From the NCBI GenBank assembly GCA_964106915.2, contig OZ066917.1: a stretch of 64,000 nt of DNA; one strand, 5' to 3'. Source of the DNA: Podarcis gaigeae (Eukaryota). The position numbers and the translations under genes are program-made. Below are positions 13,479 through 23,345 of this stretch, piece by piece. The notes below the pieces were generated by a model. That model searched no databases and was not told the DNA's origin. It saw only the letters and a program-made list of their open reading frames with translations. How positions within the stretch are numbered: position 1 is the stretch's first letter; every line of letters begins with the position of its first letter.

Positions 13479-15889
13479 GACACAGTGACTATTAAACCAG
13501 TTGAAGTCTGCAGTGTAGATACATCTTGTTAACAGTCACCAAGAAACATAATCAACAACCCCATATGGCAAGCTTAAAGGTACTAGTGCCGGGGTATCCA
13601 ACATAATGTCCTCAAGATGTTGTTAGACTACAACTCCCATTAGCCCCAGCCAGCACTGCCAATGCTAAGGGGATGATGGAAGTTGTAGTCCTACAACACC
13701 TGGCACCTAAGGTGGAAGAAAAAGACTCTATAATGTACAGTTTTAGGCGGCAAACCTATATACACTTCCCTGGGTATAGGTCCAGCTGAACTCAATAAGA
13801 CTTACTTCTGAGTAGACATGTATAGAAATGTGCTGTTAGAGAACAGAAAAAGGTCAAGAACGTCAAGTGAGGATAATGCTAACAGTGGTGAGTGGTTTGC
13901 AAAAAGAGGAAGGGTTAAGAGTACGTTGCAAACCTTAAAAAAGGGAAGGGTGTGAACTGAACAAAATGCTACTTTTGGAGGCTCCTACATAGATAACAGA
14001 AATAGAAGTCTGAGAGAAAAGAAGGAGGTTCACATATAGTTTCTGTTCTTCTCACACTCTGCAGATTTACAAGTCTGTAAAATATAGATAAGTGAAGAAA
14101 GTTACACTTAATGGCCACTGCTTCTCAACAGGGAAGATGGGCCTCATTCGGAAAAATCAATCTGGGTTTCTTGGCCTTCTTTTCAGGCTTCTTTGAGCCT
14201 TGTGTCATATTTCAAAGGGGGAAAATGTGTTTTCTTTACTTGAGGGCTCATTTTTTCCTTACAGGTGTCACTGCCAGAGTATGTGTATGAAATCTTTTAA
14301 AAAGGAAAGAAAAAAATATATCTATAACTACCTTTAATTTCGAAGTGGCACTGGCAGGCACTGCTATCTAAGCTTTTGACGATAAAGCTTTGCTGAAACA
14401 CACACATTCCTCTCCCAGTTTTTTGGGCAGTGGCAGTGGTAACTAGACTTTAAGGAACAAGGCATTTGAGTAAAGGGTGTCAGGAAAATAAAGGGAGTGC
14501 AGGGCAGCATTTGACAAATTAGGCAGCTTCTTCCTAACAAATTATGTTTAGAATAAGGAAAGACATAGGTTCTAGCTACCCAGAGACAAATTATAATATA
14601 ACCTGCCTTTTATAAAGTGTCCATTTGCAATCAAAGGCTAATAGGTTGATACCTGAGCATTGCTTAATAATATTTCAGTTCCTCATTTATTACAAATTAT
14701 TTCTTTATTAATCTATTTCCTCCCCCCCCACCTGATTCAACAATAACAGAATACTTGTGTGAACAGCATTATAGAGTCAACAGCTGTGAACCTGAAAAGC
14801 AGAGAAGCTACTGATCCCTTCAGATCACAGCCCCTAATACAGTACTGTTTCTTAGCACAATATTCAACTTTTTGTTTAGGTCTGAGACCCACCTGTAGCC
14901 CATACATGCCTTTGTGGACATTTCTTAATATTTTACCAAAAGGTTTATGTGGTAGCTGGCTGCTGTTGGGACCCACAATAGGTAGGCCACAAGTCTAACT
15001 CACACATTTTAAGACTAGTGGGTTTGTTACCTCAGGGAGGCTCCTTTTGTATTCACTGCAGTGGAACATTCTGGGCATATGAAGCCACAACACTCTCTCT
15101 CTGAGAGCTGTTTAGATCCAGGGAATTGCCTCCATCCTCTTGTGCAGTATTATGGGTTGGCTGCACACCTCTAGTACCTCTGAAGAGGAACCTACACAAG
15201 GAAGCTGTGTGGGCTAGTTCCTTTTAGGATATTGCAAACAGGTGTTGTCAGCTGGCTGCAAAAGAGAGTGTGCCCTGAGCCATAAAGGGCACTCTTCTTT
15301 TTGACATAGGGGTTAACACTTGCATGATGCTACTCATTTCTTAGTTATGGTACCCTATGTATCTCATGGAGTGTTTGTGTAGGAAGTTCCTATGCAGACA
15401 GGCCTTCAGTATATCCTTCAGTACCTGCGCTTTAGTCATTAACAAAACATCACGCTTCAAAGTCTTCCCTCTAAAAACAATCTCTGGGGAATGCCATGCT
15501 TCATCTGGTAATGAATACGTGAGCTTCCTCACTGCTTTCCCCAAAGAACTGCTGTTAAAAGATAAATGAATGGTAAAGAATGTTGACACTGGGACACAGA
15601 TTACTCTTTGCACAACTATAGGAGGGCAGCAAGCGGGCATCAGAGCCTCCACAAAATCTTTGTACGTGCTGATTTTCATATCAGAAACATATGTTTGCAA
15701 CTTTTGTTCTTTTTCAGAATTAGTAAATTAACCAAATTCAAGTCCCTTTTGATGATGTGCAGATTTAAGCTATGGGCTGCTTAGGGGAAGAAATTAACAG
15801 GATATACAGAATTAGACAAAATAAAGTCCTGACTGTTTCCCTCTCTAAGCCTCTATGCTGATTTTCATAAACCATCACATACATATAAT

Positions 15890-15892
<3 letters not shown>

Positions 15893-15926
<34 letters not shown>
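15893..15926. repeat. (AT)n microsatellite
   Basis: Direct observation. Confidence 0.95.
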
Positions 15927-15928
<2 letters not shown>

Positions 15929-16814
15929 TTAAGAAAACTTCATGTGTATGTGTGGGTGGGTGTCTAGTAGGCAGCTAGGGGGAGAAAATAAAAAATATTT
16001 ATACTAGTGTAGTAATTCTTAAACAGTGATTACATAGAAGAAAACACAGCCAGAATATGATGTTCCCTCTTCTGTGTCAGTAGTATGACCTAAATTTTTT
16101 CATGTGTTGAAAGATTTCTTACAACTTCTGGCAATTTGCTGCGAAAAATGTATTGTTTACTCTCAACTGTGTGTCATTGCACAATTCCAACTGAATTCTC
16201 TTGTGATTTACCATTGAATTCTTTCCCTGCTTTTTCCAGTTTATTATTTTTTCTATTAGACTTACTACACAAAATCTACAATACCCCCCTCCTGGAAGAA
16301 AATGGGCACAAATAAAAGGGCATACCGCATTGGGAAGTTTCTTTACTCAAGCCCTGTTATAATGAAATAACAGCACTAGTAATGGTAATAATACAATTTA
16401 ATATATATGCATTGCATGGTTTAATTGTATTGGGCTGTGTGTAACCCACCTTGGGATTCCATGGTGAAGGCCAAGTTATAAATGCCTATGAACGAACTAA
16501 TAAAATCAGCCCTGGAAGGGACTTATAACAAACGAATACACAATGCACGAACATATACCAGCAGTTCCCATTTATTTCAATGGGGCTAGCGCAGGAGAAC
16601 TTCCCATCGAATAATTTATGCCTACAGCAACTGTTCCCACCATAATCGTTTACATTTGCAGATGCACTGACTGCTTTAGATAACGTAAGCCAGCATTTAT
16701 GCCAGCTGTATTTTTGTGGGTATTGATTTATGTGAGGGTGTATAATGATGAAATGAGTCTAGGAGGCTGTAAGTAATATAAGAGGTTTATTCCCGTTCCT
16801 TTCTTACAGAGGAA

Positions 16815-17460
16815 GCGCGGTAAGAGTGTGCGGGAAATATGGGCCCATTATGTCCCGGTGCCTTGGCTTATTGTGGTTTATAGGTTGCCAGGGCAACACA
16901 CTCAGCTACCATTCCCTTCCCCTCCCCGCCACGAGACCCTCATGCTGCTCTTTCAGCTGCCACTCCTTTGTTGCCACGGGCGCTGGAGCAGAAAGAGAAT
17001 GCGAGCGTTGTTTCTGATTGGGCCTCGCCGAACCTTCCTTATTAGCATATGAGGACGGAGTATGACAGGCAGGACGAGAGCCGATTGGCTGAGGCTGGAG
17101 GTGAGGCTGTGGGGTGATCCCGGCAGGCCGCTAGCTCTCGGACTTGAGCGGGAGTCGGCTCCGGGAGGCCGCGCGCGCGCTCGTGCTCGAGTGTCCTCCT
17201 TTACCCCTCGCGGTGTCGCGCGCAGATCCGTGTCAGCTTCGTACTGCTCCCGTCTCCTTTTTTGTCCTTCCAGACGGCGCGCCGCGTGTGTGCAGCTTGT
17301 TTTTGCTGCTGCGCTGGGGAGCACGCGGGACCTGCGTGTCCAGTTTGGCCGAGGGTGGTGTTCACGCAGCCGAGGCGTGGAAAACTACCGAGTGCACTCC
17401 CAGTTGTACATGATTCAGGCTTGCCGGGATCTTCCCGTCGTAGAAAGTCGAGGCAGATGT
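16815..17460. promoter_or_regulatory. Distal CpG island; likely alternative or bidirectional promoter/enhancer of MID1IP1
   Basis: High CpG density; X-box GTTGCCAGGGCAAC 16884-16897; ATTGG at 17017-17021 and 17084-17088; octamer-like ATTAGCAT 17041-17048. Confidence 0.7.
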
Positions 17461-19050
17461 ACTTGGCAGCCCTGCCAAATGTGAAATAAGAAGCCAAGTT
17501 AGGCTGCCAATAAGATACAAATAGAAACTAAAAGCACAATTTCAACCCCCACCCGTGGGTGAGAAAGGGATCGGACGAAATTTGCTCGCCATTTTTTTCC
17601 AGATTGGGGTGGGGACGTTACAAACCTTCCTTTTATAGGGAGAAGAATGACGACCCAAAAACAACAACCCCGGGGTGTTTGTATTGTATCGTTTCTTCTA
17701 TCTGGGCTCGAGAAGTAACTTTGCATTCATGCACGTTTCCCAAAGAGTATTAAGTCCCACTGAACTAAGTGGGGCTTGCTTCCAAGTAAATATGGATGTA
17801 TGAGAAAATGTACATCTCTCTCCACACCCCTACGGTCTGCTAACTGACTGCAACCGATATTTCTTGCCATGGAAAACCTGAGTAGTCTGTGTTTAATAAA
17901 AATTCTCTGCTCCCTACAATCTGCATAGGTCTATATCAGGGTTGATGGAGGGGGGGGGGAGTATTTAAAGCTGCTGGACCTGCAAGAAACAAAACTGGGA
18001 TGGGGAAGTTGTGGCCCTTCAGATGCTGCTGGACTACAACTCCCATCACCCCAGGCTATTAGTTATGCTAACTCCAAAAACAAGGGTGGGGGCTCCCATT
18101 CCTCATCCCTGGACTATAAGAATATAGTGGAATTTGCACTTAACTTGTTTTTTTTCTATTGTAAGCCACCCTGTGACCTTACCGTGAAGAACAGATAAGA
18201 GATGAAATAAACAAAGCCCTGCCTGGAAGCAACAAGAGACTTCTTTCATATTTTCTTGTCTGGGGTAAGGTGAGGATGAAAAGTCAGTGTTGGTGCATTT
18301 TGTACTCTTTCACCCCAAATCTTTCCTCTGGGAGATGGAAGCAGCTGGGGATTATTTTGATACAGCAAATGGCTCAGTGGGAAAGGGTCAGAGCTTTCCT
18401 GAGACTGGGGGGGGGGGGGAGAGTCTTGTTAGACTAAAGTTAGAAACTCAAACAAAAAAAGCAGTTGGTCCCCAGTCGGCTGCCCCACCCATTGCTCCAG
18501 CCTAGAAAGGGTTAAGTGGCTCCTCAGAGCTGTCTCCACATTTCCATTAAGAATGAAACAAAACAAACAAACAAAACCGCCCACTGACTGCTCAGCATTT
18601 CCCTGCCTCTTATCTGGATTGATCCCAGGAAAGAAAAATAAACTGAATTCTGTTTCTGGAGACTCCTTTTCTGTGATAGGAAATTGTGTAGGAACAGCAA
18701 GATGGCCTTTTGTCTGGGATTAAAGGACATCTTTACTTCTGAAGAGGTGTTTGGGGCTCAGTCTGGTGCAGTAATGGCCTCTCACTACTCCAAAGTCATC
18801 GTCACTCTGCTGGGCTTGATGGCATACTCCACCAGGGCAGGCCCAGCTATGAGGTGGAGTACTGCTGCCAGCATCAGTGCCAATTTCAGGCGAGAAAATG
18901 CCAGAAATCAGGGTGATCTCCCCAAAAACTGGTGCTGATTTCTGGCACCACTTCTCCATCCCTGGGGGACACAGCCGGTCACAGCAGCAGAGTAGGTGGT
19001 GCAGGAGTGCTAGGCATGGTGCCTCAAGTGGTGAAAAAGGAAGTGCCCCC

Positions 19051-19125
19051 CTGCTGCTGCTGCTGCTACTGCTGTTGCTGCCGCCACCACCAGTGCCGCC
19101 ATACCTGCTGCTGCCACCGCCACCC
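19051..19125. repeat. Imperfect CTG/CCR trinucleotide tract within an older repeat
   Basis: ctgctgctgctgctgctactgctgttgctgccgccaccacc... Confidence 0.8.
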
Positions 19126-19318
19126 ACACAGTACACCCTGCCACATACCCACTCCTGGCAGAGAAGCAGCACTGCCATCAGCACTCATTTGAGATGAGTT
19201 CTCACTCAAAATAATGCGACATCTTGGAAGAAGTAGGCAGGGCATCTGTGGGGGTGCATCTTGGGGGTATTCACCACCTGAGGCTACAGCTGACCGGGTT
19301 GAGAGTGCGTATATGAAT

Positions 19319-19486
19319 CAGTGCTGGATTACCAAATGGGCAAAGTAGGCACTGGCCAATGGGCCCCACACCCCATGACAACGGAACAAAATAATATTGA
19401 TATGATCTTAAAATAACATTACAATCAAACTTTCTTAGTTCAATTTTATCCTGCCTAGGGGCCTCCACAGGTTTAATCTGGCACTG
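19319..19486. mobile_element. hAT-type MITE
   Basis: TIRs CAGTGCTGGATTA / TAATCTGGCACTG; TSD atatgaat / atacgact (6/8). Confidence 0.65.
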
Positions 19487-19838
19487 ATACGACTTTCCTA
19501 ATCCACCAGCTGCCTTTTACTTTCATGCCAGCACCAGCCAGGATACTGCCTTAAGAGGAAGCAGAGACCTAAGAGGGCAGGGTCAAACCCGTAAAAGCCA
19601 CCCCTGCTTTGTTTTGCCAGCTTCTCCCCTCTGCCACTGCATGGAGGCCTGGTAGGGCCCTCTGCCACCACAGGGAAGCCAAATGAGACTTGCTGCTGCC
19701 ATGGCCTGGCCCCTCAAGATTGGGGGGCACTCAGCCCTGTCCTCACATATGCCCCCCATAGTTGGTGGCGTGCTTCTGTGCCAGGGGTGAATATGTGGCG
19801 GGGCATTTCCTATTTCACCACTTGAGGCAAAAGAAGTA

Positions 19839-20067
19839 CAGTGCTACCCCGGGTTACATACGCTTTAGGTTACAGACTCCGCTAACCCAGAAATAGTACC
19901 TCGGGTTAAGAACTTTGCTTCAGGATGAGAACAGAAATCGCGCGGCGGCGGCAGCACGACAGCAGCAGGAGGCCCCATTAGCTGAAGTGGTGCTTCAGGT
20001 TAAGAACAGTTTCAGATTAAGAACGGACCTCCAGAACGAATTAAGTACGTAACCAGAGGTACCACTG
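19839..20067 (+). mobile_element. MITE family A, copy 3
   Basis: Same TIRs, TA TSD. Confidence 0.9.
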
Positions 20068-20130
20068 TACTACCCTGTCACTCCTGCCCCCCCTCTACTG
20101 CTGCAACCTGCACAATGTCATCTGCTGCAT

Positions 20131-20319
20131 CATAGGAGCCAATTCCTAGGGTGTGAGATCCCTTTGGCCCCCCAATAAAATATTTGAGGGGGCTGCCCCG
20201 CCAGTTGATAGGCATTGCCGTTCAAATAGTGTGTGCGCCCCGCATCATGTGATTGATTTCGGGTGAGATCACTCTGTCGCTGACTTCGAGCATGATCTCG
20301 CCCCAAATCGGCGCCAATG
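20131..20319. mobile_element. hAT-like MITE adjacent to the proximal promoter
   Basis: Imperfect TIRs CATAGGAGCCAATT / AATCGGCGCCAATG; TSD not recognisable. Confidence 0.5.
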
Positions 20320-20329
20320 CCTAGCACCG

Positions 20330-20680
20330 CTTCTCCACTACTGGCGGAGGAGCCCCCTTCGCCCCAGATACGAGCTGGGCTTCTCGGAGCTGCCTTCTTT
20401 TCCTTTGGTCTCCTCGTGGGGTGTGGGGCTATGCTCGACCATTTCCCTTCCCCCGGCTGCCACTAGCAGTCGCCGGGTACGCGCAGCTCCCTCCTTCCCT
20501 CCTGGGTGCCGCCGGGAGAGAGGCGGAGCCGCCGCCGCCGCCTCGTCCCCGGTGTTACATGTGGTCACTCGGACTGAGACGCCTCCTCCGCCCCGCTTCA
20601 CTGCAAGGGGGTGGCCCTTGGAAACACCTTATTTTAACATACACGCTATAAATACGACTGGCTCAGAGCATGGGAGCAGA
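20330..20680 (+). promoter_or_regulatory. MID1IP1: Proximal MID1IP1 CpG-island promoter with TATA box
   Basis: TATAAATA at 20647-20654; GC box (ccgccc) near 20588; CpG-dense sequence continuing through the CDS; splice donor ~100 bp downstream. Confidence 0.8.
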
Positions 20681-20753
20681 GCTAGAAGCAAGACACCGGG
20701 ACGCTCACACAGCCGGCCAGACGCAGCCAGTGTAAGCCGCCGCTCCGAGCCCG
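20677..20753 (+). other. MID1IP1: Non-coding exon 1 (5'UTR); start inferred ~30 bp after TATA
   Basis: Consensus donor CCG|GTGAGT at 20753/20754; TSS not directly visible. Confidence 0.7.
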
Positions 20754-21548
20754 GTGAGTGAGCGGGGAGGTGGCGGCGCGCTGCTCTACGCACCTCGGCT
20801 TGGCTTTGTTCATTTGCCGGCTTGCAGGCGAACAGCTGTGCGGCCTTGGGTGCCTTGTTTCTGGGGCTGGGTCAGGTCGACGGGGCGGGGAAGGGGGCTC
20901 GGCCACGGCTGACGAGCAGAGCTTCCTCAATCCAGCTCAGTCTTTTTTTTCTTTTCACTGGGTGTCTGCGGGGACTGGAAGGCAGTTCTCTTTAGGCGGG
21001 AGGAAACCCGGAGTGAGCCGCGGTCGGCTTCCTCTCGCAGGCTCGCCTGTGTCGGTATGCAAGCGGCTGGGGTGGGTCTGGCGGGAAAGGGGTCTGCAAC
21101 GGAAACAAACGAGGCAAGAGGATGCCGAGTTTCCAGCTTCTCCGGATGGGAGCCTATTGCCAACTCTACCGAGGGCAGACAGCAGTTTTTCAGGCTCTTT
21201 GCTTCTGCTCAGAAGCACTTTCCATTAGCTCAGAGGTTTTTTAGAACGAAGATCTAGAGCCGCGGAAGTACTGGCGGGCGGGTGGGGGCAGGGAGACGCT
21301 TATTCAAGTGGTTTCCTCGCCCACATCCCATTTTCTCTCCTGGATGGAATAAGATCTGGGTTTGAACGCAGCTCTAAACGTTAAGAAGGTGGGGGACGGA
21401 GCACAAAGCAAGCTTGGGGTCAGAAGAGGCTGAGGCATAAAGAAAGGCTTGGAGCTGGGCGGGAAGCGGAGGGAGGCTTGCTGCTGCTGAGGGTTTGGGG
21501 CAAGGCACGGGGCTGGTCCTAATCGCCATCTTTTGTTCTCTTTCGCAG
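20754..21548 (+). other. MID1IP1: 5'UTR intron (795 bp, GT-AG)
   Basis: Donor GTGAGT; branch-like CCTAAT at 21518-21523; pyrimidine tract cttttgttctctttcg; acceptor CAG ending 21548; no ATG between 21549 and 21879. Confidence 0.75.
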
Positions 21549-21879
21549 CCACTCCTTGCAGCAGAGGCTTCCTTGCTTCCAGCCGGCAACTACTTACTGG
21601 GAAGCTGGGCGGAAAGACGGCTTCGTCCTTGGCAAAGAGATACCTTGCGCCAGGGGGAGAAAGAGCCGGCACGCTCGCTTTTTTTCTCTGAGAAAGGAAA
21701 CCAAAGGCGGGAAAGGAAAGCAGCAACTTTTCATCAGTTCGGCGCCTTTTTAAACTCGGGCCTCGCCTTGATCCCGTCCGAGCAGCTGCTCCTGCTCCCC
21801 GAAGCCTTGCTCGGCGCCCTTTTCCTCCTGCGACAGCAGCAGCCCGCCTATACCTGCCGCGCCTCCGCTAGCCGCCAGG

Positions 21880-22395
21880 ATGATGCAGATCTGCGAGTCG
21901 TACAGCCAAAAGCACTCGCTCTTCAACGCCATGAACCGCTTCATCGGGGCCGTCAACAACATGGACCAGACGGTGATGGTGCCCAGCCTGCTGCGGGACG
22001 TGCCCCTCTTGCTGGAGGAGCTGGACGCGGGCGGCGGCGGCGGGGAGCGGGAGGCCTCGCTGACCCCCAACGGCGGCGCCTACTGCTCCTGCAGAGACAT
22101 GTACAGCCACTACGTGCTGCTCAAGTCCATCCGCAACGACATCGAGTGGGGCGTGCTGCAGCAGGCGAGCGAGGAGGCCGCGAGCCGGAAGAAGGACAAG
22201 CTGAACGGGGGCCCCGGCGCCGTGGACATTAGCCGAGGGCTCCCCGAGGACGAGGAGGTGGAGGAGGACCTGGAGAAGCAGTTTCACTACCACTTGAGCG
22301 GACTGCACACGGTGCTTTCCAAACTGACGCGCAAGGCCAACGTGCTCACCAACCGGTACAAGCAGGAGATCGGAGGCAATAACTGGGGACACTGA
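21880..22395 (+). CDS. MID1IP1: Mid1-interacting protein 1 (MIG12; THRSP/Spot14 family), 171 aa, single coding exon
   Basis: N-terminus [43 protein letters not shown], central [19 protein letters not shown] and C-terminal [36 protein letters not shown] match the MID1IP1 conserved blocks; GC3-rich codons; start context gccgccaggATG. Confidence 0.97.
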   Translation: MMQICESYSQKHSLFNAMNRFIGAVNNMDQTVMVPSLLRDVPLLLEELDAGGGGGEREASLTPNGGAYCSCRDMYSHYVLLKSIRNDIEWGVLQQASEEAASRKKDKLNGGPGAVDISRGLPEDEEVEEDLEKQFHYHLSGLHTVLSKLTRKANVLTNRYKQEIGGNNWGH

Positions 22396-23345
22396 GCCAG
22401 GGAGGGGAGGACGCGGCCAGCCTGCCTGCCAGCCTGCTTGCCTGCCGGGGTGAGAAAGTCAGAGGACGTTTGAGTTTGTAAAGGGCTAGGGAAGAAAGTG
22501 TGTGTGTTTGTGTGTGCTGAGTGCGAGAGAAGCAAATGCTCTTATGTGGCTTTGTAATTGGAGCAGAGAAGGAGCATTTCAGGGGCCAGTGGCGAGCATT
22601 ACAGGAGATGTAAAATTGTATGTGTCTAGGGGAGAAGAATGTGAGGGCGGAAGGGACTGGCTTTCTTGCTAGGCATATCCTAGTGGGGTTTTACTGTTGG
22701 CAACGCTGAACATCCATGGAGGCGGGGTGATGAATCTCTGCCTGGTGTAGCAGGCATAACCAGGTAGTCGAGTATAATATTTCCAGATTCTGAGGACACT
22801 GAATGATGTACAGTGGCCCAGGCCAGTTACTGAAAGAGTGTGTTTGTAATCACTGGAAAACTGTGTGTGCACGCACATGTGTGGTGGCGGCAATAGTAGT
22901 GGCGATTGCATCACTTCTTTCATGTTTGCACTACTTTTGTAACGTTAATATATATGTATATAAAGTCTTAAGAATTCTCTTTGCATGCTCCTAGATCTGC
23001 AGGCGTCTTATTTTTTACCAACGCACAAGGATGTACATTCATTACTATTAATTAATATTTTTTTTTACAAGCGAGGTGAACAGTTATTGTTCTCCTTTAA
23101 GTAAAGTTACTTACCTTTCCACATTACATTGAACTGGTCTATATGAGGCTGCAATTGTGCTACTTAAGAACTATTTATATTCAGTTGCAGAGGATGGAAC
23201 CAGTTAACTAATGTGTACCCCTATTTCAATGGAAAGATAAAAGGGTTCTCATTGTTGTACATGCATTGAAGATTTATTTAAAACTTTTTTTATTCAGATG
23301 TAGAGTATATTCTAAAATAAATAAGCAAATATATTGACTAAGATG
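22396..23345 (+). other. MID1IP1: MID1IP1 3'UTR ending at polyadenylation signal
   Basis: AATAAA at 23316-23321 followed by GT-rich ggtttttatgttgtg (~23355-23369); AU-rich elements upstream. Confidence 0.7.

Noticed and set aside
1-16800. Exons of TSPAN7, the upstream neighbour in mammals
   Set aside because: No tetraspanin-like peptide recognised; short exons or a 3'UTR cannot be excluded without alignment
16826-17497. Cluster of overlapping ORFs in the distal CpG island
   Set aside because: Expected from stop-codon scarcity in GC-rich DNA; no recognisable domains
18720-19197. ORFs with poly-Leu/Pro/Cys/Ser runs
   Set aside because: Translation of a trinucleotide tract inside a repeat
21495-22232. 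245-aa ORF as an independent gene
   Set aside because: Starts at a TTG inside the predicted intron; no ATG; low-complexity product
21868-22392. 174-aa antisense ORF over MID1IP1
   Set aside because: Shadow of the GC3-rich sense CDS; no independent protein signature
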